DNA of 64,000 bases from Eledone cirrhosa (lineage: Eukaryota): contig OZ024742.1 in the NCBI GenBank assembly GCA_964016885.1, positions 355,508,001 through 355,572,000 on the forward strand, written 5' to 3'. Position 1 is the stretch's first letter; every line of letters begins with the position of its first letter. The translations under genes were made by a program, and so were the position numbers. The notes beneath the pieces were generated by a model, which was given only the letters and a program-made list of their open reading frames with translations, had not been told where the DNA came from and searched no databases. This document shows, piece after piece, positions 1 through 13,267 of this stretch.

Positions 1-351
1 GGGGTAGAAGAAGGCAGATTTCAGTTTTGAATGGAAGGAGTATGAAGAATGAAAAGTTTAATTTAGGGGTGAAAATAGGTCAGGTCAGTAAAAGGTAACA
101 CGAAAAGTTGTTGTTATAAAAGAATAATGCCAATGTAAATATCTAAGGAGACTAACATTTTACGATAAAAGTGTTAGTGAAAAAAATATATATGGAATTT
201 ACATCTATGAAAATAAAACAAATTAATTTAATTGATGGGTATATTTATATTGATAAAATTATATTAATGCATATAGATATGATAAATAAGAGTTAGATGT
301 AATTGAAGAGTGCTGTTAAAGACGAGGGGAAATTTAAAAAATATAAAAAGA

Positions 352-382
<31 letters not shown>

Positions 383-1950
383 TTGGGGGGGGGGGGTAAT
401 TTATTAGTGAGAAATAATAAATATATAGAGATTTCAAGGAACATAGAATCATAACCTGAAATTAGAACATTATATATGTTTACTTAATGGTATCAATTTT
501 AGGAAAAGATAGTTGTAAGAAGGAAAGTAAAATTATGTAGTTCATCAATAGTAGAATATTAATTATAGGTTAACTAAATTAAAAATAGTTTTTATATTAA
601 TTTCTAAAATGTATATTAATTAGGTTTATAATATTTAAAGGTTTTCCTCAGTTTATGATTACACGATATTATTAATTCCTGTCGCTTATTTAATAGGATA
701 TCCTTAGATTTCATTATTTCAAAAAGTTCTTGGGAACATAATCTACATTCATATCTATTATTTTGATAAGGGGTGGCCCTTTTGAGCACACTCCAGGTCA
801 GGTCATAATCTATATTCCTCTTTCTATAATTATTAATTATTTCAGCTAGAGATGTTGTATTAGCTAATGCGGCATTTTTAAAACTCTGTTTGTGGGTATT
901 AAATCGTACCTTAAATTGGTTAGAGGTAGCTCCTATATATGAATAAATTGAGTCCTTAGTGTTAACTTTACATTTATATACTATGTTATTAACAAGGCAA
1001 TTTCCTTTTAATGGGCAGTTTGCTTTGTTTCTACAGTTACAACTTTTCGTGAATCCTGTATCAGAGGAGATATTATGGTTAGTTTGATGTACTGGTGGTA
1101 TACTCGTGGGTTTTTTACATTTATATGCATTGTAGGCACTTATATTTTGTTTTATGTTTTTGGTTGTTGAGTAGGAGAATTTAACCGTTGATCTATTTAA
1201 AATGTGATGGTATTTGTGGTTTGGCGGGAAGTTCTTCTCTAGGATATTAAAAATTTGTTTAGGTATATTATCCTTAATTTGTAAATTAAATGGAGCATTA
1301 TACCAAGTAACTCGTCTATTACGGTTTCGATGTTGTTTATTGTTTTTATAGGATGTATCCTGATGTTTATTAAGAGAATTATTGTTAATGACTTCACCAC
1401 ACACATTTTTAGTTAGATTTATTGATTTAGGTGTTTTAGCTTGTTTATTAGGAGTTTTATTATTAACATTTATTAGAGTAGTATAATGAGTAGTTTGTTG
1501 AGAGTTACTATATTGTATATTAGAAGAGTTAGAGAAATTTGGTTGTATGTTGGTATTTTGTGGTATAGTGTGAGTGGCATTTAGGTGTGTATGTTTCATT
1601 TGGTGTTTGTTGGTAATATTAGGTTGTATGTCTGTAGTGTTATTGGTACAAGGTATATATACTAATTTATTTTTGTGGCCACTTCTAGCTAAAGCTTCGT
1701 TATAGAAGGTCGCATTTTTATCAAATACATCCTGGTTAGACGAAAGGTTAGAAATTCTAAGTGAGATATTATATGCAAGGTTTTTAAGGATAGATTTAGG
1801 GTGATTAGATTGTGAGTGTATGCAATGTAAATTTTGGTTAGGTTTATGGTAAGGTTGGTAGATACCCGTAGACAAGTCTAATGTTGTATCAAGAAAATTA
1901 ACTACTGTACTTGTGTTTTCAAATGTAATATCTAGACTATAATAGTCCGA
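1..1950 (-). mobile_element. Penelope-like retroelement, Naiad-like clade, 5'-truncated; 3' UTR runs off the window start
   Basis: Encodes RT thumb plus C-terminal GIY-YIG (see CDS). 1-615 resembles the 3' UTR of the copy at 18.5-21.1 kb. 5' break lies next to (GAA)n. Confidence 0.88.
616..1875 (-). CDS. C-terminal part of PLE polyprotein: RT thumb, CxC-x5-C-x5-C linker, GIY-YIG endonuclease (frame continues to about 1945: VNFLDTTLDL)
   Basis: Motifs YQPYHKPN, SNHP, VTWYNAPF, VKFSYS, CNCRNKANCPLKGNC, IVY...YIGAT..FKVRFNTH, CRLC, LNKRQE, CNH; uninterrupted for 419 codons; lacks the RT core. Confidence 0.85.
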   Translation of the reverse strand: MSTGIYQPYHKPNQNLHCIHSQSNHPKSILKNLAYNISLRISNLSSNQDVFDKNATFYNEALARSGHKNKLVYIPCTNNTTDIQPNITNKHQMKHTHLNATHTIPQNTNIQPNFSNSSNIQYSNSQQTTHYTTLINVNNKTPNKQAKTPKSINLTKNVCGEVINNNSLNKHQDTSYKNNKQHRNRNRRVTWYNAPFNLQIKDNIPKQIFNILEKNFPPNHKYHHILNRSTVKFSYSTTKNIKQNISAYNAYKCKKPTSIPPVHQTNHNISSDTGFTKSCNCRNKANCPLKGNCLVNNIVYKCKVNTKDSIYSYIGATSNQFKVRFNTHKQSFKNAALANTTSLAEIINNYRKRNIDYDLTWSVLKRATPYQNNRYECRLCSQELFEIMKSKDILLNKRQELIISCNHKLRKTFKYYKPN

Positions 1951-1958
1951 GAGTAGGG

Positions 1959-2081
1959 GAAGAAGAAGAAGAAGAAGAAGAAGAAGAAGAAGAAGAAGAA
2001 GAAGAAGAAGAAGAAGAAGAAGAAGAAGAAGAAGAAGAAGAAGAAGAAGAAGAAGAAGAAGAAGAAGAAGAAGAAGAAGAA
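1959..2081. repeat. (GAA)n microsatellite
   Basis: About 41 perfect units; source of the poly-Ser ORF 1937-2239. Confidence 0.99.
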
Positions 2082-2347
2082 GGTAGTAATACCATGGCTA
2101 TGGCAAAGAAGGAAGGGATATTTCCTTGGGATTGACGTAAAAGGTTGAATGACCTTAGAGTTGACTCGGGGGTAATTATTTCTAAAAATATATATCTGAA
2201 TATTTCTGTCTGTAATACTGGTATGCTTAGTGTGTTCATTGGTTTTAAAAATTGACCAGCAGCGTGACTGTTATTTCTTCTTCTACTACAACTTCCCTCA
2301 ATATCAATACCTAAAACAGATCGAACTAATTATCACTTGCTAATTCC

Positions 2348-2435
2348 ATTATTAATAGTGATACATTATTAATAGTGATACATTATTAATAGTGATACAT
2401 TATTAATAGTAACATAGATACATTATTAATAGTAA
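2348..2435. repeat. 17-bp tandem repeat (ATTATTAATAGTGATAC)
   Basis: Four to five copies visible. Confidence 0.9.
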
Positions 2436-2540
2436 CACCAAACAAAATGTGAACTTACTCTATATATATGTATGTAAACTCTGTTATTTTTCCCCATATT
2501 CTTATTAATATACTATGTTATTTAATTCTACACTTTCGTC

Positions 2541-2573
2541 GCATGAAGAAGCCCATAAGGTGAAACCGGTAAG
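2541..2573 (+). ncRNA. Degenerate minimal type-I hammerhead ribozyme
   Basis: aTGAAGA-A-GCC-cataa-GGT-GAAAC-CG-GTA; palindromic stem III (ACCGGT); first core C is A; sits in a short unit between TA tracts. Confidence 0.6.
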
Positions 2574-2694
2574 AAAAATACGGAAACCACTACTTTTTTT
2601 TTTTAAATAAATATGTTGCTATTATTCAGAGAGAATATCTCTTCTACTGTATATATATATTGAGCCAGATAGATAGAGAGAGAGAGAGAGAGAG

Positions 2695-2761
<67 letters not shown>

Positions 2762-4375
2762 TATTTATAATTTATATGTAAGTATGTGTACGTGTATATT
2801 AATAACAAGTGAATGTTTTTGTTGGATATTTAGTTTCCCTACTAACATGGGAATAACTTAAATATAACATCAGCTATGTGATAGGTTCCACGTAAATGTG
2901 GCTTACAGTGAAATGATCGTTGTTTAACAATATGTTTTCAATGGTTAAACATCAAAATGAAATCTACTCTGAATCAACTTTAAGAGAATGAAACCCACAG
3001 AGGAATACACTCTTGTACTTTCCGCTAACGAAATGTGCACTGCCTATTTTCAAATTATCAGAGTGGACTGTTGGAGAGAAAAATGTCTAGTATTAAATCC
3101 AAAACAGTGACAGGCACTATTGAACTTTAGAATGTTTGTAATATACGCTGATGCGTCTCTCCTATTATCATGTAATACTATAATATATTATTATATATTC
3201 AACCAGTTTCTCTTAAATGACGTACATTTTGTCTGAGATATATTGCACAATATTCTGATGCTATTAGTTTTTCATTTCTTTGTATATCTTCAAATAATCA
3301 ATATTAAGTTTTTTAACGTTAACCACGTTCTTCTTCTTCCAGGTGAAATGGTCTGAAAATTAGTTGCTTATTGCTTGAATGGAATTTCCTTAGATATCGA
3401 TTCCTGTTGTGATCTTTGTGAAACTATTTGTAGATAGCACTAAATCATTTTCACTCTTGTAAAGCGTTTCTTTTTCTTTATTTGTCTATCGGGCTTTTGC
3501 TATCGCGTTTGCTTCCTTATGAATCTAAAATGAATATATTTTAAAACACATTTGGCTAACAATTTGGCTTTTGATTTATTTCATTTTCTTAATGTTTTTA
3601 CCTCCTTCTAATGTTTATTTTCATTTTCTATTTCAGTATCTGATAGTATTATATGAAAATATATACTATGTAAATGCTGTTTTTGTATTACTTCACTGTT
3701 CGTCTACTTTCGATTTCGCGCCAACATCCTTAAACAACGATTTACAGTTTGACAGGAAAATTAACGAAAAACATCGATGGTATGAAACAGTGTGCATGGG
3801 GAAAGCGGATTATTTGAAGATTACTAGAAACATAACCTAAATATCTGCCAATAAGGGGAGACACAACAGTATATGAAATATAAATCATTCGGGGAAGCTA
3901 CTTAAAATGTAGTTTATGAAGTGAGAACATGGATAATGGGCTACAGCCTAACGAAAATATCAACATCCACGTGAAGGACAGATTTTCCATCTCAGAAATT
4001 TAAACCTACATCATGCTCTGCCCTGCCAGTTATCTACAGCAATCATATGCCTCACCAGTAATTGTTGTCACGTCTTTGATACCTTGAATAGCACCAGATG
4101 TTTGAAACCTCTACATTGCACCAACGACATTATATGCTTCTGGTCATTAACAACTGGGTTTTTTTTGTTTTGTTTTTTCCTTTTACGAATTATATGAGGA
4201 AAGTGGGGAGAGGAAAGGTAGGAATGGAAAAGAAGGGAGAGAGGATTACTTCACACTCATGTTGATATAATTGATTAATATGTGAACACCCGTCTTAGGC
4301 ATTTTGAAAGAACAAACATGAATATATAGAGGGATCTAGAATGTAGTTATACGAAAATCTGATTAAACCTAATAG

Positions 4376-4710
4376 TATGATGTCTGATGTCTGATGTATG
4401 ATGTATGATGTCTGATGTTTGATATCAGATGTCTGATGTTTGATGTATGATGTTTGATGTCTGATGTTTGACATCTGATGCATGATGGCTGATGTCTGAT
4501 GTTTGATGTCGATGCCTGATATATGATGTGTGATGTCTGATGTATGATGTCTGATGTATGATGTATGATATATGATGTCTGATGTCTGATATATGATGCC
4601 TGATATATGTTGTCTGATATATGATGTCTGATGTTTCATATCTGATGTCTGATGTCTGATGTCTCATGTTTGATACCTGATGTATGATGTATGATGTATG
4701 ATGTTTGACA
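4376..4710. repeat. 7-bp minisatellite (TCTGATG/TATGATG variants)
   Basis: Visible 7-nt period; explains the HQTSDI ORFs. Confidence 0.95.
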
Positions 4711-5429
4711 TCCAGTACGGTTGACTAGAGGTGAGGAGGTAGCTTCATTGAAAGAGTGATATATTAGATATATCCACGTAGAGCTAGAGAGGATTAGAGT
4801 ATGCCAGTTTGTTATATTCTTTAATGTCTATATTTGAAAACATGTATTCCCATTTGTATAAATAACATTTAATATATTGATGGAAATATGAACAGAAAGA
4901 TAAAAACAAAACCAATCAGCGAACAGAGGGAGGAATGGGAAGAGAAGCGCAGATCTGGCTGTATAGAAAAGTAGAGGAAAGGGCTATAAATGGCTTAAAT
5001 GAGAGAATAAGAGAAGAATGAGGGGAAAAAGCAAGGACTATTAGGTCATGGAAGATAGGGAAGGGGTTGAGAGGATGGTAGGTTCTATGCCTACGGAGTG
5101 TCAATTTTTTCTGATAAGCCCCGCAGACAAAAATGCAAAGGCAGGTTGCAGCAGATCAGTTTTGAATGCAGTATTGATAGTATATGTAGAAACTACATGG
5201 TCACAACTCATTTAACTTTGATGTGTGGTGCCATTTTGGTTTGTTACAAGTTTTATTTGGATGTCATCAGCTGGTTATTTTCTGGCTATGTAGAAAATAG
5301 ATATTCCATTTGATACAGTCTGGGCAATGTTACAGATGCATATTCTACATATCATATTTGTATTTCATACATTATTACAGAGTGGTAGATAGTATATCAA
5401 ACTAGATATAAATACATAGTTTAATATCA

Positions 5430-5530
5430 TTGTTTCTACATTTGGCACAAGGCCAACAAATACCCAGTACATTACTGGTACTTTATTTTATCGACCCGGT
5501 AAAGATGAAAGGCAAAATTGCCGTCGACAA
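5430..5530 (-). mobile_element. SINE fragment (3' half), octopod-type
   Basis: Reverse complement of the 3' half of 5572-5757. Confidence 0.8.
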
Positions 5531-5571
5531 TGACCATACTTATATACTATTTTTATTATTATATCATTAAT

Positions 5572-5757
5572 GGGCGGTGAATTGGCAGTATCGGTAGAGG
5601 GTCGGACGCCATGCTTTCCAGCATAGTTACGTCCCTTTACGATCTGAGGTCAAATCCGGCCGAGGTTGACTTTGCCTTTCCTTACGGGGTCGATAAAATA
5701 AAGTACCAGTAATGAACTGGGTAATTACTGGCGTTGTGCCTAAAGTAGAAAAAATTA
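5572..5757 (+). mobile_element. Full-length tRNA-derived SINE with 18-bp target site duplication
   Basis: A-box-like TGGCAGTATCGG and B-box-like GGTCAAATCC; TSD ATTATTATATCATTAATG at 5555-5572 and 5754-5771; related copies at about 25.4, 48.2 and 50.4 kb. Confidence 0.88.
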
Positions 5758-6144
5758 TTATATCATTAATGCATTCCCTATTTTCATAATTTGACCGGAT
5801 ATCTTTCCTAACAATTTAAAGTAGAAAGGAGGATCTTTTTTTTTTATAAAAAAAATTATTTATTACTCTCAGTGGGACACACTTGTGTAACTGGTATCTA
5901 GTGTACGTGCTCTAGGGCCACAGAAGAAAAGGGGGAGAATAGGAAAGGTTGATAAACTCTAGGCCTAGGGCTTGTTGGTGTTGGGGCTGCGCCCCTGGGA
6001 CAAAACTGCAAAAGCATTTCCGTGGGCAATGCGATAGCCATCCACACCTCGTAGGGATCCTTCCTTATACGGGCTGCTGACGGTCCCACCATGCGGAAGA
6101 TCACAGCATTCCGGGGTCCTAGTACACCTATTTATCTATCTAGT

Positions 6145-6492
6145 ACGGGTAAAATTCCCGAGATCAATGGAAGAGTTCTGTCCAGCGGTCTCTGTCCCTG
6201 ATTATCGCTGCCATGTCCTGCGTCGCAAAGAGAGCAGTGTCTGTCCTTAGGGCATCAAGATATGTTAACCTCGGTCTTCCTCTTCCAGTGTGTCTATGCA
6301 GGGTCTCCCACAGGAGAACTGTGTGCAATGTCAACTCTGGATGTCGGTGAGCATGTCCAGCTAACCTCACTCTCCTCTATATCACTTTCAAGCTGACTTT
6401 TGGGAAGATGCCGTACAGCTCTGAGTTATTCATCCTCAGTCAATACTGATTAATGTTCAGAGCCATCCTCAGCATTCTCGTGTAGCACCCAT
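6145..6492 (-). mobile_element. RTE-clade LINE, 3' fragment
   Basis: RLAGHAHRH...RGRPRLTYLD; same family as 12746-13197 and 53225-53773. Confidence 0.85.
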
Positions 6493-7393
6493 ACACACCT
6501 GTAGAGCTATATTATTGTGTGAAAACTATAACTGAAAAATATTCTAAATATTTGCGTACTGTGATGGATATGGTTTTACAAGGTTCTTGCCATCACTGGC
6601 AGCTCACCAAACCGAAGTAACTGGCGAAGCTCATGAAACCGCTTGGCTGTTCCAGCTCATCAACCTCGCTTTCACCAGGAGTAACGCTAAAAGCGTGCTG
6701 GCTTTGCTCACAAATTATTAGGGAGGTTCCAGTGCTCCTCGCAATAACGTTATCTTTTATTCTGCCAATGGTTCGGTTGTCCACTATTTTCGCTTGCCTT
6801 TTGATGTTTGTGGTTCAAGATGTGTGTATTATTTTCTGGTGCTGTGTTTCTTTATTTTCATTTTCTTTTTCATTTGTAATATTATTCATTAAATTAGAAA
6901 TATCTCATCTCACGTTTTACTGCCTATTTCTGTACATTGCTTCTTAGATAAAATATCATCAACGCCTCGATATAAAGAGCAAACGTATAACTAGTCAACT
7001 CATCCTCTCTATAAGACGCCCCATGGTTTTGTATATTTGGAAGAGGAACATAGTTGTAGAATATATTTATAATTAGATTAAAAACCTTTTACAACATAAG
7101 AGAAATATGTTCACATTTTTACAATTCCATTATTAAAACATTTCACGATTATGCATTTAAATATGTTACAAATCTAGATTAAGGCGAAAAAATTATAATT
7201 GTTTTGTTCCACAACTACAGAAAATGACGAAACAAAATTTACATAGTTTAAACTATAATTCCGTTCACAGACAAAACAATAATTGAATCGACATAAATCC
7301 CGAAATCTCAAATAGAAAACACGACAAATAATAAAGATTTTAATTGAATTTTGTAGCGTTTTGTTACTAAACAGACGTATGTATGTGTATGTT

Positions 7394-7545
<152 letters not shown>

Positions 7546-8019
7546 TATATTCATGAATACGCAGTTGTAATGTATGAATAGAATTACCGAAAGTAACAAA
7601 AGTCTCGTGAATACAGGCTGATCAATAGACAATCGATATATGCATTGATGTTTCCAGTAAACAAAAAGGTTTACTATTTAATATAACTTTAATGCTTCCA
7701 CTATCCCTACCCACCTCCCACATACGTCACCCACAAAATTAAAGAGAGGACTGGGTTCCATTGTTTCTATGAAATTCTAAATAAACATAGCATAGTAAGA
7801 ACACCACTTTCGTAATGGAGACCAAATAAAACACTATACACTATTTCCTTTGAGAAGAACAGACCAAACATGTCGGCGTGTACTTGTTTGTACATGCGTT
7901 CGTATTCTCTTGTTAAACCAGTTTGTGTCTTGTCCGACAAAATGATATATTGTTATAAAGGAACTACACGTAATTACAGACATCGTAGAGACACATGTTG
8001 TCCTTTACCATTGGACCAC

Positions 8020-8200
8020 CTCCTTACGCACCGCCGCACGGAATTAGCTACTTGTAGTTGTGAGCCTCGCGAGTTGGAAAGGCTCTTCCAACACGTCTCT
8101 CTCACCATCTATCGGGGAAACGCCTTCTCTGTTCTGTCCGCCGGGGCCGCGGGGTGGCCGGCGCATAGGCCACAATTTGCTCATAATAGGGAGAGATTGG
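8020..8200 (+). mobile_element. 3' end of a CRE-like (RLE) non-LTR retrotransposon
   Basis: EPRELERLFQHVSLTIYRGNAFSVL matches the C-terminal LFQRLSxAIxRGNA motif. Confidence 0.6.
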
Positions 8201-8584
8201 GAGAGTGAGACTATACCAGCATCACTGAAGTATTATGTAGAGTTAAACTCAATTGATTTTAGTAATCCTTATTTCATTATTAATTTATTGGTAGATTTTT
8301 ACAGCTCCATGACTCTCGGAAACTCAAAGTTGCTGAAGTATAGAACAAACTACCTGCATGGGTTGTTAGCTGTTATACAGTGCATCCTTTAAAACCTCCA
8401 TGCTTCCTGAGATTCAACACTACACCTGATGTCCCCGCTCCATACACGTGTACACATGTAGATCATGAATCGTACACTGTTCATCTTCCTGACATTTGTA
8501 CATTATACTATGTACTAAACATGCACCTTTGACGGGTTGTAATGCACCTGAGCACTGTACACAATGATTTCATTATATATTATA

Positions 8585-9172
8585 CTAGCAGTGGTACCCG
8601 GCGTTGCACGGGTTAAGGTATTGTGAAATATATAACCGCCTTAGCTAAGCTTAGTATTGCCACAACCACGGCTGGCAAAGAAGTAAGGGTCTGGTGGTAC
8701 GTTAGTAAGCAACACTGTGGCTTAAAACGTGATGAAGAAGTTGTGTGCACATACCAACTGTTTGGGGAATGAGTGTCAGATTTGTCTTGAGCAAGGGTGG
8801 TTGAATAACCGGAGGCAGCAGACAGCTAGTCATACAGACAGATATGATAAGGGCGCGTTCTGGACGCAGAGATAATTGTAGGAAGTGACGTAATGCAGAC
8901 AGCCAGATATACATACATATATTATAAGGGCCCGACGTTATATGTATCTATCTAAAAAGAGAAAGACCACGACTTATATAGAGAGATCGCTAAATCGCCT
9001 AATGCGGTCCTTAGGGCATGGGAAATTTGAAATTGATTTTGCTTTGAACACTCCCTGAAACATAAGTATTACATGTGTAAAGTTTGAAAACAGTCGGTTG
9101 GGTGCTTCTCTAGTGTTATGGATTCAAACTCACACACACACACACACAGACATCCTCAGTTTTATATATATA
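8585..9172 (-). mobile_element. Non-autonomous Helitron
   Basis: Minus-strand 3' hairpin CCCG-TGCAACGC-CGGG then CTAG|T; 5' part TATATAAAACTGAGGATGTCTGTG resembles the Helitron at 11426; 5' boundary approximate. Confidence 0.78.
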
Positions 9173-9635
9173 TTATGACTTCTCTCTGTACCCTTCTATT
9201 TGGATTATATAAAGGAATAGATACACATGTTAGCCTCAACTTGGGCACATTGATTTTACCTCCAAACGAATGAAATAACAACAAATGTGAATATATCTAT
9301 ACCAAATGACGACCCTGAATGCCATAATCAATCGGTCCATTGTCCTTGAATAGACTCAGTTTCTGGACGACGCCACTTCACGGATACACACATCTAACAA
9401 ACAAATTACACATCCTGGTTTTTCTCTAACAGACAAAACCCTGGACCTTAACTAAAGCCTATCTCTACGTTTCTGCTCTCTATATGCTTTCCACTTCCGC
9501 CAAATTCTGGACTATATCTGATCCTGTGTCGGGAACATACATATTATTTCATATTTCAATGTCGTCAGGTTCAGTTATAAATCTATTAAAACAATTAGTT
9601 CCATAGCCTACATAGAGACTTGAGCTGAGGCAGAC

Positions 9636-10110
9636 TAACACACACATATTTCACACAGGTTTAGTCACATGACACACTGATACACACATATTTCACACAG
9701 ACCTGGTCAGGTAACACACTAACACACACATATTTCACACAGACCTGGTCAGCTGACACACTAATACACACATATTTCACACAGACCTGGTCATATGACA
9801 CACTAACACAGACATATTTCACACAGACCTGGTCACATGACACACTAATACACACATATTTCACAAAGACCTGGTCAGGTGACACACTGACACACATATT
9901 TCACACAGACCTGGTCAGATGACACACTGATACACACATATTTCACACAGGCTTAGTCACATGACACACTGACACACACATATTTCACACAGACCTGGTC
10001 AGATGACACACTAACACACAAATATCCTACATAACCTTGGTCACATGACATACTGATACACCTATTCCACATAGACTTGATCACATAACAGAATAACACA
10101 AACATGTTTC
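9636..10110. repeat. About 39-bp minisatellite (CACACATATTTCACACAGACCTGGTCA...)
   Basis: About 12 units decaying rightwards; explains the Cys/Val ORF 9661-9897. Confidence 0.93.
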
Positions 10111-10244
10111 ACGTAGACTTGATTCATCGACAGGCTGTGTGTTTGTGTGTGTGACAGCTCACACCTATGCAGGTGTAGGTGGCCTCCTCCAAGGTATATC
10201 TCATTGGAGGTGTCATGGGTGATTTAATGGTAGGGACCCCAGTC

Positions 10245-10395
10245 CTATCATCTCATTTCTACAGCTGAGTAGAGTGAGCAACGTGAAATAAAGTGTCTTG
10301 CTAAAGGAAACAACACATCACCCGGTCCGAGAATTGAACTCACAACCTCTCGATTGCAAGCCCAATACTCTAACCACTAAGCCATGCGCCTTCAA
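10245..10395 (-). mobile_element. tRNA-derived SINE, second family
   Basis: Minus-strand head GGCGCATGGCTTAGTGGTTAGAG...GTGAGTTCAATTCTCGG with A/B boxes. Confidence 0.72.
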
Positions 10396-10695
10396 CGTCA
10401 GAGTAAACTACATTTATTCCACAGAGAATTGATCTCACACTCACAGTTAAACCACTCCTTACTCTGAAATTAATTTATCTGAACATAACAGATCCTGTCT
10501 TCCCGTCTTGCTTCCTCTCGTTTATTTAACGTACAGAATCTTAAACTAATATATAAAATCATAGTTCTGTTTTTTTAGGCTTCACATTTATATATATATC
10601 TATATTTTGAGGTTTCACATTTATATATCTCTATATTTTGCAGTTTCACATTTATATATATATATATTTTGAGGTTTCACATTTATATCTATATC

Positions 10696-10729
<34 letters not shown>

Positions 10730-11243
10730 GAGGTTTCACATATTTATATTTTGAGGTTTCACATATATATTTTGAGGTTTCACATCTATATATATCTATA
10801 TTTTGACGTTTCACATTTTTATATATCTATATATTGAGGTTTCACTTTATATATATATATGTTGTGGTTTCACATTTATATACATTTATATTCTGAGGTT
10901 TCACATTTATATATATTTATATTTTGAGGTTTCACTTTTACATATCTATATTCGGAGGTTTCACATTTATATATATATAAGACTATACAGAGCATTTGAT
11001 GTTATTCCAAATTGAAGGATAAGTGTTTCAAACTTTATTTTATCATGAGTTAAAGATCTATAGATTTTTCCCTGGATTTTACTAAATTCTGTGGACGAAT
11101 TTATATCCTGATTCTCTTTTGAGATGAGTTTGAGTTATTTTTCCTAAATCTTTCGTTAACTACTTTTCCCATCTTGACGTTATAGTCGCATATATGTTAT
11201 AGAATGCCGTTAGCTTCTTGCTAAAACAATCTCTATACCTCTC

Positions 11244-11289
<46 letters not shown>

Positions 11290-11425
11290 AGGTTTCACAG
11301 TTATATATCTATATTTTGAGGTGTCACATTTATATATCTATATTTTGAGGTTTCACATTTATATATCTCTATTTTGAGGTCTTACATCTATATATATATA
11401 TCTATATTTTGAGTTTTCACATTTA

Positions 11426-12330
11426 TCTATATATATAAAACTGTGGTTGTCTGTCTGTCTATCGATTTTTGGCACACATCTCCTCTTAGAATCTCTGACG
11501 GAATTGCACCGAAATTGCTATACTTGTACATTGAGCCCTAGCGAAGACATCGGAAAAAAAATATTTCAAATTGACCCACCCTATGTGACGAAATCGAATA
11601 TAATGTATCAATTTTTGAGCGTAAGATATTTCCCTTTGTTCTGTTTACATTGAGCGTCTTACGTAAAAAATTACGCTGGCTTTCTCAGCGTTTAAAATGA
11701 CATTAAACACAATACACGAACAGTTGTCGAGCCAGCAAAATATTGACCTGCAAAATTCATCAGTTCGAACACTAAGCTTCCGTTTTGCTTCATTTCCATT
11801 TAAAAGCATTTTAAAACAATATTTTTACTTGAAAACAAGTCTATTTAAAGACTACGTAAAACAAGCAAATATTTTGTCGTTAGGCGTGCAGACAGACAGT
11901 CGTGCAGACAGACGGTCGTGCAGAGAGGTGATATACGCGTGCAGACAGATAGTCGTGCAGAGAGGTGATATAGGCGTGCAGACAGACAGTCGTGCAGAGA
12001 GGTGATATAGGCGTGCAGACAGACATAACTGATAATTTGGTTACGCTAATGTTTTTCTCTGCGTTGCAGTGTTTACATTTTCGATCTTTGTTAATAAATA
12101 ACCAGTGCAGTTTCTATCCCCAGCATCCTCTTTTGTTATAACATTCGGGTTATCGTTATGTTTTCTTAACTTCATAAGGCATATTGTTGGTTGAGGGAAT
12201 ATTAATCAAAAACACCACATGCAAGTCTGCACAGTAGACACTACAGTTTTTAAGCCAAGAAAGAAACTTAACATTGTAACTTTAACACAGCTACTGAGCG
12301 ACCCCGAGCAACGCCGGGCTTTACTGCTAG
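11426..12330 (+). mobile_element. Non-autonomous Helitron
   Basis: A|TC 5' end; hairpin CCCG-AGCAACGC-CGGG at 12303-12318; CTAG|T 3' end; no TSD; internal ~30-bp repeat at 11880-12025. Confidence 0.88.
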
Positions 12331-12745
12331 TATATTTATATTTTGAAGCTTCCCATTTATATATCTATATTTTGAGGTTTCACATTTATATATCTATATT
12401 TTGAGGTCTCACATCTATATATATCTATATTTTGAGGTTTCACATTTATATATCTATATTTTGAGGTTTCACATTTATATATCTATATGTTGAGGTTTCA
12501 CATTATATATCTATATGTTGAGGTTTCACATTTATATATATATATTTTGAGGTTTCACATTTACATAACTATATTTTGACGTTTCACATTTATATATCTA
12601 TATATTGAGGTTTCGCATTTACATATCCTTATTTTGAGGTTTCACATTTATATATCTATATTTTGATGTTTCACATTTATATATCTATATTTTCAGGTTT
12701 CACATTTATATATATCTCTATATTTTTAGGTTTCACATTTATATT

Positions 12746-13197
12746 TTCGTGAAGACCTGAAAATCCGCCTCTTCATTGCTGTAGTGGAGTATGTGCTGCT
12801 GTATGGCTCTGAGACTTGGACACTGACTAAGAAACTCACTCAGATGGTGGATAGGTGCTACACGAGAATGCTGAGGATGGCTTTGAACATTAATCAGTAT
12901 ACACTGAGGATGAAAAACTCAGAGCTGTATGGGAGCATCCCAAAAGTCAGCTCAAAAGTGACAGAGAGGAGACTGACGTTAGCTGGACATGCTCACCGAC
13001 ATCCAGAGTTGACATTGCACTCAGTGCTCCTTCGGGAGCCCCTACATGGACACACTAGAAGAGGAAGACCAAGGTTAACGTATGTTGATGCCTTAAGGAC
13101 AGACACTGGACAGACGCAGGACATGGCAGCGATAATGGGGGACAGAGACCGCTGGAGAGAAGTCGTTCATGGATCTCGGGAATTATTACCCAACTTA
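12746..13197 (+). mobile_element. RTE-clade LINE, 3' fragment
   Basis: [22 protein letters not shown]...RRLTLAGH...RGRPRLTY...DRDRWR. Confidence 0.9.
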
Positions 13198-13267
13198 GAA
13201 ATGTATATATATCTATATTTTCAGGTTTCCCATTTACAAATCTATATTTTGAGGTTTCACATTTATT

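Noticed and set aside
3320-4150. Isolated splice-like signals (TTCTTCTTCCAG|G at about 3342 plus; TG|GTGAG at about 4055 minus)
   Set aside because: Opposite strands and no identifiable peptide; a host gene spanning the window is neither supported nor excluded.
5430-5757. Inverted SINE pair as another PLE-type fold-back
   Set aside because: The plus-strand SINE has its own 18-bp TSD, so these are two independent insertions.
6540-6900. Non-repetitive stretch (ORFs 6593-6784 minus and 6633-6947 plus) as a host exon
   Set aside because: No recognisable domain, flanking in-frame stops, no convincing splice pair; needs BLASTX or RNA-seq.
9636-10110. Regular ~39-bp repeats (and the 30-bp array) as a CRISPR-like array
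   Set aside because: Units are contiguous with no unique spacers; eukaryotic context; no cas genes.
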